Counted from the stretch's first letter, positions 9,541 through 21,432 are shown. The stretch is 64,000 nt of DNA from Alphaproteobacteria bacterium (GCA_022822665.1 JAJEAR010000030.1:64363-128362); one strand, 5' to 3'. Numbers and translations: made by a program. The notes: a model not told the origin generated them from the letters alone.

Positions 9541-12500
9541 GTGCACCTCCTCGCCGCCACCCCGGGGCGGGCGACCAGCGCCGACGAGCCGATCGACCTG
9601 CGGCAGTCTCCCGGTGACATCGTCGTGCTGTCCGCGGCGGACACGGACCTTGCCTGTCTTGCCGCGGCCCATGCCGCCGTCCGCGCCCGGTCCGGTCCCG
9701 CGCCGAGCCTGCGGCTTGCCAACCTGATGCAGCTGACCCACAACCTGTCGGTCGATCTCCATGTCGACGCGGTGGTCGCCGAGGCGCGTCTCGTGATCGT
9801 GCGGCTGATCGGAGGGGTCGGCTACTGGCCCTACGGGATCGAGCAGATCGCGGCGGTGGCGCGCAGTCGGTCGATCCTGCTCGCCGTGGTGCCCGGTGAC
9901 GACCGGCCGGACCCGCTGCTGATGGCGCATTCGACCCTTCCGGATGCCGAGGTGGCGCGGATCTGGGCCTACCTGACCCATGGCGGTCCGGCGAACGCAG
10001 TCGCCTTGCTCGACCGTGCCGCCGCCCTGCTCGGGTACCCGACAGACTGGACCGAACCCGCACCCCTGCCGCAGGCTGGGTTGTACCTGCGCGGCGCCGG
10101 GATGACCGGACTCGACGAGGTCCGGGCCGGATGGAAACCGCATCGCCCGGTGTGCGCCATCCTGTTCTACCGGGCCCTTCTGCAGGCGGGAAACCTGCGG
10201 GCGGTCGATGCGCTGGCCGATGCCGTTGCGGCCACGGGCATGAATCCGCTCGCCATCCATGTCTCCAGTCTCAAGGATCCGGTCTCGGCGGACCTGGTGG
10301 AACGGCTGCTCGCCGAGACGGACGCGTCGATAATCCTCAATGCCACCGGGTTTGCGGTCTCGCGCCCCGGCGGCGAACGGACCGCGACCTGTTTCGACGG
10401 AGCCGACTGCCCGGTGATCCAGGTCATCTTCTCGGGCAGCGACCGTGCGTCCTGGGAAAAGTCGGCCGCCGGCCTGTCGGCGCGCGACGTCGCGATGAAC
10501 GTGGCCCTGCCCGAAGTCGACGGCCGCATTGTCTCGCGAGCGGTCTCCTTCAAGGCCGAGACCCGGTTCGATCCCGCGACCGAGTGCAGCATCGTCGGCT
10601 ACGATCCGGAACCCTGCCGGGTCGGGTTCGTCGCCGAACTTGCGGCCCGCTGGGCCCGCCTGCGCCGAGCCCCGCCGAATGATAGGCGCATTGCGCTGAT
10701 CCTGGCCAACTACCCGAACAGGGATTCGCGGATCGGCAACGGGGTCGGACTCGACACGCCGGCGAGCGTGCTGGCAATCCTCGATGCCCTGGCGGGCAAC
10801 GGGTACCGGGTCGGCACGATCCCGTCCGACACCGACGCGCTGATGCGCCGGGTCGCGTCGGGGCCGACCAATCAGTGCCCGGTGGCGCCCGGACCCGGCG
10901 AGGCGGTGACCTGGCCGCTTGCCGACTACCGGGCTTACTTCGACGGCCTGCCCGGGGCGGTGCGCGAGGAGATATCGCGGCGGTGGGGCGATCCCGCCTG
11001 CGACCCCTTCGTGGCCGGGGATGAGTTCGTTCTGCCGGCCCACCGCTTCGGAAACTGCCTGGTCGCAGTGCAGCCGGCCCGCGGCTACAACATCGATCCG
11101 GTCGCGACCTACCACGATCCGGCCCTGCCGCCGCCGCACGGCTACCTCGCATTCTACGCCTGGCTGCGGCTCGCCTTCGATGCCCATGCCGTGGTTCACG
11201 TCGGCAAGCACGGCAACCTCGAGTGGCTTCCCGGCAAGGCGGTGGCACTGTCACCCGCCTGCTACCCCGAGGTGGCACTGGGCGCGCTGCCCAACCTGTA
11301 TCCGTTCATCGTCAACGACCCCGGCGAAGGGACCCAGGCCAAGCGTCGCAGTTCGGCGGTCGTCGTCGACCACCTGACCCCTCCGCTCACCCGGGCCGAA
11401 ACCTATGGCCCGCTTCGCGAACTCGAGGCCCTGGTCGACGAGTATTACGAGGCGGCAGCACTCGATCCGAGGCGTCTGGGGCCGCTCGGCGATGCCATTC
11501 TCGATCGCTTGCAGCGGTTGCGGCTCGACATCGACTGCGGAATCGTGGCCGGTGACGGTGATGCCGAGCGGTTGCGCAAGCTTGACGCGTGGCTGTGTGA
11601 ACTGAAGGAGCTGCAGATCCGTGACGGGCTGCACGTCTTCGGCGCGGTTCCGAGCGGGCGGCAACTCGACGACCTGCTGACGGCACTGGTCCGGGTACCC
11701 CGCGGCACCGGAGACGGAGGAGATGCCTCGCTGCAGCGCTCGCTCGCCGCCGACCTCCGCCTGGGACCGTTCGACCCCCTGGACTGTGACATGGCGGAGC
11801 CCTGGACCGGGCCCAGACCGGCTGTCCTTGCCGGCCTCGATACCGCCTCGCAGTGGCGTACCGCGGGCGACACGGTGGAACGCCTGGAGTGTCTTGCGTC
11901 GAGACTGGTCTCGGGCAAAGGGAAACCAGATCCCGGCTGGACGCGGTCCCGGGCCGTCCTGCAGTGTCTGGCCACCTCCATCCGCCCGGCCGTCGATGCC
12001 AGCGGCATGGCGGAGCTCGACGGCCTCCTCGCCGGACTGGCTGGCCGGTTCGTCCCGCCCGGCCCCTCGGGTGCGCCCACGCGCGGGCGGCCGGAAGTCC
12101 TGCCGACCGGACGCAACTTCTACTCCGTCGACACCCGTGCCGTGCCGACCCCTGCGGCCTGGCAACTCGGCTGGGAGGCCGCCGGCCTGGTGCTCGAGCG
12201 CTACCGACAGGACCACGGGGCCTGGCCGCGCACCCTGGCCCTGTCGGCCTGGGGGACGGCGAACATGCGCACCGGCGGCGACGACATAGCCCAGGTGCTG
12301 GCGCTGATGGGCACGCGTCCGCGCTGGGAAACCGGGTCCGGACGCGTGACCGGGTTCGAGATCCTTCCCCTCGGGGTGCTCGACAGGCCCCGGGTCGATG
12401 TCACGCTTAGAATATCCGGCTTCTTCAGGGATGCGTTTGCGGCCCAGATCGCGCTCATCGACGGGGCGGTCCGGGCGGTGGCGGCACTCGACGAGCCCGC

Positions 12501-13290
12501 CGAACTCAATCCGCTTGCCGCGAATGTCGCCGCCCAGGCGGCACGGATGGCGTGCAACGGAGGGGAACCCGATGACGCGCGCCACCGGGCCGGGTTCCGG
12601 GTATTCGGATCCCGGCCGGGGGCCTACGGCGCCGGACTCCAGGCGCTGATCGACGAGGGGATATGGAGCGACGCCGGCGATCTTGCCTCGGCCTATCTCG
12701 AGTGGGGCGGGTATGCCTACGGCGCCGGCGGGGACGGGGAGGCGGGCCACGGACTGTTCCGCGCCCGGCTCGAGAACACCGAACTGGTCCTGCACAACCA
12801 GGACAACCGCGAGCACGACCTGCTTGATTCCGACGACTACTACCAGTTCGAGGGCGGGCTGACGGTGGCGGTGCGGCACTATTCGGGCCGGGCTCCCGCG
12901 TCCTACCACGGCGACCACTCCCGCCCCGGCGCACTGCGGATCCGCTCGCTCGAGCAGGAGGTGGCACGCGTCGTGCGCGGACGGGTGGTCAACCCGAAGT
13001 GGATCGCCGGGATCATGCGCCACGGCTACAGGGGCGGCGCCGAGCTGGCGGCGACGGTGGATTACCTGTTTGCCTTTGCGGCCACTGCGCGCTGTGTCGG
13101 CGACCATCACTTCGATGCCGTCTTCGACGCCTATCTCGAAAACGGCGACGTGCGACGGTTCCTCCGGCGGCACAATCCCCGCGCACTCGCGGACATCGCG
13201 GCCCGGTTGCTCGAGGCACGGAGTCGCGGCCTGTGGCGGCCGGCGCGGAACCGGGTTGTCGGTCGGCTCGAGCGGATCGCGGCCGGCTGA
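9541..13290 (+). CDS. cobN: Cobaltochelatase large subunit CobN
   Basis: The 1249-aa ORF starts at GTG. Its N-terminus (MHLLAATPG...IDLRQSPGDIVVLSAADTDLACLAAA), size and cobW neighbour are all typical of CobN. Confidence 0.95.
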   Translation: MHLLAATPGRATSADEPIDLRQSPGDIVVLSAADTDLACLAAAHAAVRARSGPAPSLRLANLMQLTHNLSVDLHVDAVVAEARLVIVRLIGGVGYWPYGIEQIAAVARSRSILLAVVPGDDRPDPLLMAHSTLPDAEVARIWAYLTHGGPANAVALLDRAAALLGYPTDWTEPAPLPQAGLYLRGAGMTGLDEVRAGWKPHRPVCAILFYRALLQAGNLRAVDALADAVAATGMNPLAIHVSSLKDPVSADLVERLLAETDASIILNATGFAVSRPGGERTATCFDGADCPVIQVIFSGSDRASWEKSAAGLSARDVAMNVALPEVDGRIVSRAVSFKAETRFDPATECSIVGYDPEPCRVGFVAELAARWARLRRAPPNDRRIALILANYPNRDSRIGNGVGLDTPASVLAILDALAGNGYRVGTIPSDTDALMRRVASGPTNQCPVAPGPGEAVTWPLADYRAYFDGLPGAVREEISRRWGDPACDPFVAGDEFVLPAHRFGNCLVAVQPARGYNIDPVATYHDPALPPPHGYLAFYAWLRLAFDAHAVVHVGKHGNLEWLPGKAVALSPACYPEVALGALPNLYPFIVNDPGEGTQAKRRSSAVVVDHLTPPLTRAETYGPLRELEALVDEYYEAAALDPRRLGPLGDAILDRLQRLRLDIDCGIVAGDGDAERLRKLDAWLCELKELQIRDGLHVFGAVPSGRQLDDLLTALVRVPRGTGDGGDASLQRSLAADLRLGPFDPLDCDMAEPWTGPRPAVLAGLDTASQWRTAGDTVERLECLASRLVSGKGKPDPGWTRSRAVLQCLATSIRPAVDASGMAELDGLLAGLAGRFVPPGPSGAPTRGRPEVLPTGRNFYSVDTRAVPTPAAWQLGWEAAGLVLERYRQDHGAWPRTLALSAWGTANMRTGGDDIAQVLALMGTRPRWETGSGRVTGFEILPLGVLDRPRVDVTLRISGFFRDAFAAQIALIDGAVRAVAALDEPAELNPLAANVAAQAARMACNGGEPDDARHRAGFRVFGSRPGAYGAGLQALIDEGIWSDAGDLASAYLEWGGYAYGAGGDGEAGHGLFRARLENTELVLHNQDNREHDLLDSDDYYQFEGGLTVAVRHYSGRAPASYHGDHSRPGALRIRSLEQEVARVVRGRVVNPKWIAGIMRHGYRGGAELAATVDYLFAFAATARCVGDHHFDAVFDAYLENGDVRRFLRRHNPRALADIAARLLEARSRGLWRPARNRVVGRLERIAAG

Positions 13291-13307
13291 AACCGGTCGG
13301 ACCGGTT
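13291..13307 (+). terminator. Possible stem-loop just after the cobN stop (AACCGG-tcgga-CCGGTT)
   Basis: A perfect 6-bp stem with a 5-nt loop starts 1 nt after the stop codon. The T-tract is weak (TTCCTCGTT). Confidence 0.3.
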
Positions 13308-13378
13308 CCTCGTTGCATCAATGACCGCTACACTGCAATAGTCCGGGCGGAACTCGGGCGCGACAAGAGGTGAGATGC

Positions 13379-13881
13379 ATGAGGAAACTGTTGGTGCTTC
13401 TTGGTGGCATTCTGGCATGCAGCCTGTGGCCGGTCGCCGAGGGCTTTGCCCAGACGCCGAAGAAGATTGGCGAGAACCACGCCTGGGTTGCCTACACCTA
13501 CAAGGACAATGGCAACACGGTCTGTTTCATGGCCAGCGCACCGGAAAAGATGGAGGGCAAGTATACGAGGCGTGACGATCCGTTTGCCCTCGTGACCCAC
13601 CATCCGGCGGAGGGTGTCAGCGGCGAAGCGAGCCTGGTTGCCGGCTACACCTACCGGAAGGACAGTGACGTCATTGTCACCATCGGCGAGCGGAACTTCA
13701 CTCTGGTCACCGAGGACGATCGCGCCTGGACTTCCGGGACCGAGGACGATGCGCGACTGGTCAAGGCGATGATCAGCGGCATCAGGATGACGGTGGTCGG
13801 GTATTCGAGTCGCGGCACCAAGACGACCGACACCTATTCGCTCAAGGGCTTCACGGCAACCAAGAAGCTGATCGACCAGGC

Positions 13882-13891
<10 letters not shown>
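13379..13891 (+). CDS. Invasion-associated locus B (IalB) family periplasmic protein
   Basis: It has a signal peptide ([25 protein letters not shown]). [20 protein letters not shown]... and ...[21 protein letters not shown] are typical IalB features. Confidence 0.8.
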
Positions 13892-15051
<1,160 letters not shown>

Positions 15052-15141
15052 CCGGTTGCGGCAACCGCACAGTTGAAACCCGGGGCCATTGCCCCCATCT
15101 CCAAGTGAACGACGTGTGCTCTGATCCGGAGGGAATCGAAA

Positions 15142-15873
15142 ATGGCTCTTGAACGGCGCCGCATGAACCGGGCACAGGCGGAGGCTGCGCAGATCGACGT
15201 CGGTCTGCGGCAGTATATGCTCGGTGTCTACAACCACATGACGATCGGGCTCGCGATCACGGGCCTGGTGGCGCTCGGTGCCCACTTTGCCGCGGTGCAG
15301 AACGGCGTCCTCACCCCGTTCGGGCAGGCGATCTATCTCTCGCCGCTCAAGTGGGTGATCATGCTGGCACCGATCGGCATGGTGTTCCTGTTCGCCGCCC
15401 GGCTCCATCGCATGGCGTCCTCCACCGCACAGGTCGTGTTCTGGATCTACGCCGCCCTGATGGGCCTCTCGCTGTCCAGCATCTTCCTGATCTATACCGG
15501 CGAGAGCATCACCCGCGTGTTCTTCATCGCGGCGGGCATGTTCGCCGGCATGAGCCTGTTCGGCTACACCACGAAGCGCGATCTCACCGGAATGGGATCG
15601 TTCCTGTTCATGGGACTGATCGGTATCCTGATCGCGTCGGTCGTCAACATCTTCCTGGCGTCAAGCGCGCTGCATTTCGCGATCTCGGTCATCGGCGTGC
15701 TGGTGTTCGCCGGCCTGACCGCCTACGACACCCAGAACATCAAGAACGAGTACTGGGAAGGCGACGATCGGGAAGTGCAGGCGAAGAAGTCGATCTATGG
15801 CGCGCTGCGGCTGTATCTCGATTTCATCAACCTGTTCATCATGCTGCTGAGCCTGTTCGGAAACCGCGAGTAG
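15142..15873 (+). CDS. Bax inhibitor-1/YccA family membrane protein
   Basis: The product is polytopic, with N-terminal ...DVGLRQYMLGVYNHMTIGL... and a C-terminal ALRLYLDFINLF motif. Confidence 0.88.
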   Translation: MALERRRMNRAQAEAAQIDVGLRQYMLGVYNHMTIGLAITGLVALGAHFAAVQNGVLTPFGQAIYLSPLKWVIMLAPIGMVFLFAARLHRMASSTAQVVFWIYAALMGLSLSSIFLIYTGESITRVFFIAAGMFAGMSLFGYTTKRDLTGMGSFLFMGLIGILIASVVNIFLASSALHFAISVIGVLVFAGLTAYDTQNIKNEYWEGDDREVQAKKSIYGALRLYLDFINLFIMLLSLFGNRE

Positions 15874-15993
15874 GCACTGCGTACATGCCGGCGTCATGAG
15901 TCCAGGCCGGGTCGAAGTCGTCGGGGCGCCGGCCTTGCGCGCCCCGGCCAGGCCAGGGACACGACGTGACGGTGCGGGCCGGGGACGTGTCTG

Positions 15994-17067
15994 ATGCTTG
16001 GGGCTCGAGTCGTGGCCGGTCTGCTGATGGCCGGCCTGCTTGCCGGGTGCGCCGTCACCGCCCCCCCTGCCGAGCAGGCGCGGCCGCTCCCCGCCAGGAT
16101 GGAGGCCAGCGCCGGGCAGAACGATCTGGAGCGCGGGAACAGGCGCGAACGGAGCCGGCGCGAGTACATCGTTCAACGGATCGAGCGAAGACTGCGTGAA
16201 CTGCGGAACGGCCGTGCCTCGGTTGTCCGGCGTGTCCCGGATCGGGCTGCGCGGGCGAACCGGGTCAACGCGCTGTTCAGGGCGGTGGGGATCGATGAGG
16301 AACGGGCGGACCGTGTTCTCGCCGCGACCGGAGGCGGCGAACAGGGCACGGCCCCCGGGGCAGGCGGGAAGGCAGGCGCACGGTCCCCGCCCGCGCCGCC
16401 CGCCCCCAGGGCCGAGGGGGCCGTGAGGCCGCTCGCCGAATTTCCTTCCATCCCCGCGGACGCGGCGCCACGCGGTGCGCCGGCCACCGGCGCCGTCGTG
16501 GCGGCCTCGCGTCCGCCGGTGTCCGAAACCGGTCGTGACGCGACGTCTGCCGCGGACGCCGGGACCGTCTCGCTCGTGACCACGTCGATCGCGGCCGGCT
16601 CGATCGTTCCGCGGCCGGTGGTTGCCGGTCCCGGCCCGCCCGCAGCCGGCCGGGACAGGGAACCTGATCCCGCCCTCGCGCGAACCGTGATCACCGGATC
16701 ACTGCTGGAGAAACTGCCGGCCCGCGATCTTCCCGGCGCTGGCGGTACCGCCGTCGGGTCCGGCGCGGCTGACACCGGGAAGACCCGGGGCGCTCACCTC
16801 GCTTCCTATCCGGACCGGGTGTCGGCGATGCGGGGATGGCGGATCCTGCTCGAACGCCACCCGGCGGATCTCGGCCTGCACATTCCGGTGCTCGTCGATG
16901 TGAAGGCGGGAACCGGCACCTCCGTGTGGCTGGTCACGGCTCTCGGAGAAGCGGACGATGTGCTGCGTGACCTGTGTCGTGGTATTCGTCAGGGTGGTGG
17001 GTACTGTGCGCCGATTGTCGTGGAACGTCCGGAAATCGCGGGGAACGCCCCCGTTCCCTCCGGGTGA
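15994..17067 (+). CDS. SPOR-domain lipoprotein with Pro/Ala-rich linker
   Basis: It has a lipobox (LLAGCAV), a low-complexity middle and a C-terminal ~80 aa SPOR-like segment (GAHLASYPDRVSAMRGW...YCAPIV). Confidence 0.65.
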   Translation: MLGARVVAGLLMAGLLAGCAVTAPPAEQARPLPARMEASAGQNDLERGNRRERSRREYIVQRIERRLRELRNGRASVVRRVPDRAARANRVNALFRAVGIDEERADRVLAATGGGEQGTAPGAGGKAGARSPPAPPAPRAEGAVRPLAEFPSIPADAAPRGAPATGAVVAASRPPVSETGRDATSAADAGTVSLVTTSIAAGSIVPRPVVAGPGPPAAGRDREPDPALARTVITGSLLEKLPARDLPGAGGTAVGSGAADTGKTRGAHLASYPDRVSAMRGWRILLERHPADLGLHIPVLVDVKAGTGTSVWLVTALGEADDVLRDLCRGIRQGGGYCAPIVVERPEIAGNAPVPSG

Positions 17068-17175
17068 GTCCTGCCGGTGAGTGCCTCGTACTGTATTCCA
17101 CGTGTCTGCAGCGGCGCAGGCATGCTCCGGCCCAGGGAGACAATCCTCACTGTTCTCATCGGTTGAGGAACCTCA

Positions 17176-18129
17176 ATGCGCGCATTTCTTGATTTCGAGA
17201 AGACCGTTGCCGACCTCGAAGGCAAGATTGAGGAACTGCGGCACCTGTCCGACGAAAGCGACGTCAACATCGCCGAGGAGGTGGCCCGGCTGAACGCCAA
17301 GGTCGAGCGGCAGCTGCGGAACACCTACCAGAAGCTGACGCCCTGGCAGAAGGTTCAGGTGGCGCGGCACCCGGACAGGCCGCATTTCAAGGATGTCGTC
17401 GAACACCTTGTCGAGGACTTCACGCCGCTGGCCGGCGATCGGCACTTTGCCGAGGACAGGGCGGTCGTCGGCGGTCCGGGGCGGTTCCGTGGCCGCAGTG
17501 TCATGGTCATCGGGACGGAGAAGGGCGAGTCAACCCAGCAGCGACTCGATTCGAACTTCGGAATGGCGCGTCCGGAGGGCTACCGCAAGGCCGGCAGGCT
17601 GATGCGGATGGCGGACCGATTCGCCATGCCGGTGCTGACCTTCGTCGACACGGCGGGCGCCTATCCGGGCATCGGGGCCGAGGAACGCGGCCAGGCCGAG
17701 GCGATCGCGCGTTCGATCCAGACCTCCCTGTCCCTGCGGGTACCGATCATCTCCGCCATCATCGGCGAAGGCGGGTCCGGAGGTGCGGTGGCTCTCGCCA
17801 CCGCCGACCGGGTGATCATGTTCGAACACGCGATCTACTCGGTGATCTCACCGGAGGGATGCGCCTCGATCCTGTGGCGCAGCGGCGAGCACGCGCGGGA
17901 GGCGGCCGAGGCGCTGCGGCTGACGGCACAGGACCTGCTGCGGCTGTCGATCGTCGAGCGGGTGGTGCCGGAGCCCCTCGGCGCGGCGCACCGGGAGAAG
18001 ACGGTCGCGCTGACCAGCCTCGCCGACGCGGTCGAGGAGGAACTCGCCGACATGCTGGCCCGCGACCCGGCCGAACTGCGCCGGTTGCGGCGCGAACGGT
18101 TCCTCGCAATCGGCGGGGAACTCGGCTGA
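17176..18129 (+). CDS. accA: Acetyl-CoA carboxylase carboxyltransferase subunit alpha
   Basis: The N-terminus (MRAFLDFEKTVADLEGKIEELR...) and FVDTAGAYPGIGAEERGQAEAIARS are canonical AccA features. Confidence 0.95.
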   Translation: MRAFLDFEKTVADLEGKIEELRHLSDESDVNIAEEVARLNAKVERQLRNTYQKLTPWQKVQVARHPDRPHFKDVVEHLVEDFTPLAGDRHFAEDRAVVGGPGRFRGRSVMVIGTEKGESTQQRLDSNFGMARPEGYRKAGRLMRMADRFAMPVLTFVDTAGAYPGIGAEERGQAEAIARSIQTSLSLRVPIISAIIGEGGSGGAVALATADRVIMFEHAIYSVISPEGCASILWRSGEHAREAAEALRLTAQDLLRLSIVERVVPEPLGAAHREKTVALTSLADAVEEELADMLARDPAELRRLRRERFLAIGGELG

Positions 18130-18147
18130 CCGTCCGGTTCGCGGTAC

Positions 18148-19005
18148 CTACTCGCCGGCGAGGCGCAGTTCCGGGTCGACCGGGACCGGGGCGGAGTAAG
18201 GGCGGTCGTGGGACAGCGACGGGATCCTGGCGCGGGCTGTGTCCACGGCATCGAGGTCGCAGTCCGCCATGATGATCCCGGTCTCCGTGCCCCCGTCGGC
18301 CAGGACCTCGCCCCACGGCGCCACGACAAGCGAGTGGCCGTAGGTCCGCCGCTTGCCGGCGTGGGTTCCGGTCTGGGCGGGCGCGACGATGAAACATCCG
18401 TTTTCGATCGCGCGGGCCCGCTGCAGCACGTGCCAGTGGGCCTCGCCGGTCACCTTGGTGAAGGCGGCGGGCACGAAGATCATCCTCGCGCCGGCCTGGG
18501 CAAGATCGCGGTAGAGCGCCGGGAATCGCACGTCGTAGCAGATCGTCATCCCGACCGTTCCCCACGGGGTGGCCGCGAGCACCGCCCTTTCGCCGGGCCG
18601 GTAGGTCCGCGATTCGCGGTAGGTGGCGCCGTCGCCGACCTGCACGTCGAACATGTGGATCTTGGAATAGCGCGCGACGATCCCGCCGTCCGGTGCGACC
18701 AGGAAACTGCGGTTCGACAGCATGTCGTCACCGATGCTGATCGAAAGCGAGCCGATCAGCAGCCAGATGCGCTCCCCGGCCGCGATTTCCCGGAACCGCG
18801 CCAGGACCTGGTGGCTCTCTTCGGGGCGGGCAGTGGCGAGCGCGCGTGCGCGGTCGGGCTCGAACATTCCGACGATTTCAGGCGTGGTGACCAGTTCGGC
18901 GCCCTCCGCGGCAGCCTGCCTGATCATCTCGCCCACCTCGACACTGTTGCGGTCCGGGTCCGGTCCGGAATTGGTCTGGATGCAGGCGACCCTGATCACT
19001 GTCAT
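18148..19005 (-). CDS. Carbon-nitrogen hydrolase (nitrilase superfamily) protein
   Basis: ORF 18148..19155 trimmed to ATG 19005 (MTVIRVACIQTNSG...). The catalytic-Cys context GMTICYDVRFP is present. Confidence 0.88.
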   Translation of the reverse strand: MTVIRVACIQTNSGPDPDRNSVEVGEMIRQAAAEGAELVTTPEIVGMFEPDRARALATARPEESHQVLARFREIAAGERIWLLIGSLSISIGDDMLSNRSFLVAPDGGIVARYSKIHMFDVQVGDGATYRESRTYRPGERAVLAATPWGTVGMTICYDVRFPALYRDLAQAGARMIFVPAAFTKVTGEAHWHVLQRARAIENGCFIVAPAQTGTHAGKRRTYGHSLVVAPWGEVLADGGTETGIIMADCDLDAVDTARARIPSLSHDRPYSAPVPVDPELRLAGE

Positions 19006-19039
19006 CGGTTGTCTCCCTGTCGGTCGGAGTGTGGCACTG

Positions 19040-19300
19040 TCAGTCCGCGGCCAGCATCTCGTCGAGCCGGCCGGAGGCGTCGAGCGCGTGCAGTTCGTCC
19101 GACCCGCCGATGCCGACACCGTTGATGAAGATCTGCGGTACCGTGTGCCTGTCATCCGCGCGCTTGCGCATCTCGGCGCGCCGGGTCGGGTGCATGTCGA
19201 CGCCGATCTCGGTATACGCGACGCCCTTGGCCTTCAGCAGCCGCTTGGCGCGAATGCAGAACGGGCAGAACAGGCTGGTGTAGATCTCGACCGTGGCCAT
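19040..19300 (-). CDS. grxC: Glutaredoxin 3
   Basis: ORF trimmed to MATVEIYTSLFCPFCIRAKRLL... It has the CPFC active site and TVPQIFING. Confidence 0.92.
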   Translation of the reverse strand: MATVEIYTSLFCPFCIRAKRLLKAKGVAYTEIGVDMHPTRRAEMRKRADDRHTVPQIFINGVGIGGSDELHALDASGRLDEMLAAD

Positions 19301-19358
19301 GACCGCCTCTCCGTTGCGACCCCGCGGTGACCCATCCCGGTCCGTCGTCCCGCGCCGG

Positions 19359-20522
19359 TCAATCATCCGCCGCTTGCGGGACGCCGGCAAGCCAGTCGGC
19401 GATCACCTCGTCACCGTGCTCGCCCAGCATCGGCGCCGGCCGGCGAACCGAACCGGGAGTGGCCGAGAGCTTCACCGGAAGACCGATGGTCTTCATCCTG
19501 CCGACCTTCGGGTGATCGACCTCGACCGCCATCTCGCGGGCCCTGGTCTGGGGGTCGTCGTAGACCTGCCGATGATCCATCACCGGCCCGGCCGGGATCC
19601 CGGCGGCCTCGAAGGCGCGGCACAGGGTCTCGGTGGTCTGCCTGCGGAAATACACCTCCAGTTCGGGGACCAGTTCGGCGTTGTTCGCGACCCGGTCTGC
19701 CTTGGTCGCAAAGCGCGGATCGTCGACGAGGTGGGCACACCCCAGGATGTCGCAGGCGCCGCGCCAGAAACTGTCCTGGGCGCCACCGATGGTGATGTAG
19801 CCGTCGGCTGTCGGAAACAGCTGGTAGGGCGCGCTGCCGCGATGCGCCTGGCCGAGGCGTTCGGGAACCTCGCCGGTGGCAAACAGGCCGGCCGCCTCGT
19901 AGACGCCGAGCGCGATCCCTGACTCGAACAGCGAAGTATCGACGTGCTGGCCCTGGCCGGTCCTCTCGCGGGCGGCAAGGGCGGCAAGGATACCGATAGC
20001 CCCGTTCATCCCGGCGGCAAGATCGGTGACGGGAACCGGGATCCGGTAGGGCGGTCCTTCCGGCGGTCCGTTGATTGCCATCAGGCCGGACATGCCGCAA
20101 GCAATCAGGTCGAACCCGCCGCGCGGAGCATAGGGCCCGGTCTGGCCGAAGCCGGAGATCGAGCAGTACACGAGCGCCGGATTGATCGCGGCCACCGTTT
20201 CGTAGTCGATGCCGAGACGTGCGGCCGTGCCCGGCCTGAAGTTCTCGATCATCACGTCGGCCACCCGCACCAGCTCGATCAGGCGCTGCTTTGCGACCTG
20301 ATCCTTCAGATCGAGCGCGATGGATCGCTTGTTGCGGTTCCACAGCATGAACGGGGCGCTCTCGCCTTCCTGGAACGGTGGCGTGAGCCTGAGGGAATCC
20401 CCGGCTTGCGGATGTTCAACCTTCACCACGTCGGCGCCGTGATCGGCCAGGATCATGGCACAGTACGGGCCGGAAAGGTGGCTTGTGAGGTCCAGGACCC
20501 TGATGTGCGAGAGGGACGGCAT
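19359..20522 (-). CDS. CaiB/BaiF family (class III) CoA-transferase
   Basis: The N-terminus (LSHIRVLDLTSHLSGPYCAMILADHGADVVKVE), typical of the family, continues for 387 aa. Confidence 0.88.
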   Translation of the reverse strand: MPSLSHIRVLDLTSHLSGPYCAMILADHGADVVKVEHPQAGDSLRLTPPFQEGESAPFMLWNRNKRSIALDLKDQVAKQRLIELVRVADVMIENFRPGTAARLGIDYETVAAINPALVYCSISGFGQTGPYAPRGGFDLIACGMSGLMAINGPPEGPPYRIPVPVTDLAAGMNGAIGILAALAARERTGQGQHVDTSLFESGIALGVYEAAGLFATGEVPERLGQAHRGSAPYQLFPTADGYITIGGAQDSFWRGACDILGCAHLVDDPRFATKADRVANNAELVPELEVYFRRQTTETLCRAFEAAGIPAGPVMDHRQVYDDPQTRAREMAVEVDHPKVGRMKTIGLPVKLSATPGSVRRPAPMLGEHGDEVIADWLAGVPQAADD

Positions 20523-20541
20523 TGTCTGCTCCCGGGAGACG

Positions 20542-21432
20542 TCAGCTGATCTCGGAATCGATCAGCTTGATGATGCTGGCGGTGTCCTCGTCGCCGTGGC
20601 CCATCTCGATCAGGGCCTGGAAGGCCGCGGTCGCCGCGGCTCCGAGCGGTGTCGTGGTTCCCGATGCCTGTGCGGCAGCCTGGGAGAGACGAAGGTCCTT
20701 CAGCATGAGCTTGGCCATGAAACCCGGCTTGAACCCGTTGCTCGCCGGCGCGGCCGGCAGGATGCCCGGGACCGGGTTGGACTCGTTGAAGAAGTACGAC
20801 CGTCCGGTGGAAGCCGAGATGACCTCGTAAAGCGTCCTTCCGGACACGCCGAGACGCTGGCCCATGGTCATGGTCTCGGCGACCGCGAGCGCGTTGATTC
20901 CGGCCAGCATGTTGTTGCAGATCTTGGTCACCTGGCCCAGTCCCGCCGCACCGCAGTGGACGATCTTGCCGCCCATGTCCGCGAGGATCGGGCGTGCCGC
21001 CTCGAAGACGGCGGGCGAGCCGCCGCACATGAAGGTCAGGGTAGCGTCCTCGGCTCCGACCACACCGCCCGAGACCGGGGCGTCGAGCATGCGGTAGCCG
21101 GCCGCCTCGGCCGCGGCGTGGGCGGCCTGCGCGCTCTCGACGTCGATGGTCGAGGAATCGATCATCACGGTGCCGGCGTCGGCCGCACCGATCACCTGGT
21201 CCTCGATGTAGACCTGCCTGACGTTGGCTCCGACCGGGAGCATGGTCACCACGAACTCGACACCGCTGGCCGCGTCGGTGACCGACTGCGCCGGCTCGGC
21301 ACCGGACTGGACGACGTAGTTCATCGCCTCTTCGGACAGGTCGAACACCTTGAGGCTGTGACCGGCGCGGATCAGATTGCGAGCCATGGGTGCGCCCATG
21401 TTGCCCAGTCCGATGAAGCCTACTCGCGCCAT
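20542..21432 (-). CDS. mmsB: 3-hydroxyisobutyrate dehydrogenase family NAD-binding oxidoreductase
   Basis: ORF 20542..21930 trimmed to ATG 21432 (MARVGFIGLGNMGAPMARNL...). The C-terminal half is 6-PGDH-like. Confidence 0.85.
   Translation of the reverse strand: MARVGFIGLGNMGAPMARNLIRAGHSLKVFDLSEEAMNYVVQSGAEPAQSVTDAASGVEFVVTMLPVGANVRQVYIEDQVIGAADAGTVMIDSSTIDVESAQAAHAAAEAAGYRMLDAPVSGGVVGAEDATLTFMCGGSPAVFEAARPILADMGGKIVHCGAAGLGQVTKICNNMLAGINALAVAETMTMGQRLGVSGRTLYEVISASTGRSYFFNESNPVPGILPAAPASNGFKPGFMAKLMLKDLRLSQAAAQASGTTTPLGAAATAAFQALIEMGHGDEDTASIIKLIDSEIS

Noticed and set aside
1871-13173. Very long ORFs antisense to or overlapping the cob and iron-transport genes (e.g. 1871..3205 -, 3548..4555 -, 6949..8457 +, 9373..11211 -, 11251..13173 -).
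   Set aside because: Their translations are Arg/Pro/Gly/Ala-rich with no motifs, and each lies opposite a gene with unmistakable family signatures. This is the expected stop-codon depletion in GC-rich DNA.
15053-15067. The perfect palindrome CGGTTGC-G-GCAACCG right after rlmN as a terminator.
   Set aside because: A 1-nt loop is sterically impossible and no U-tract follows. It may be a protein-binding site, but I have no support for that.
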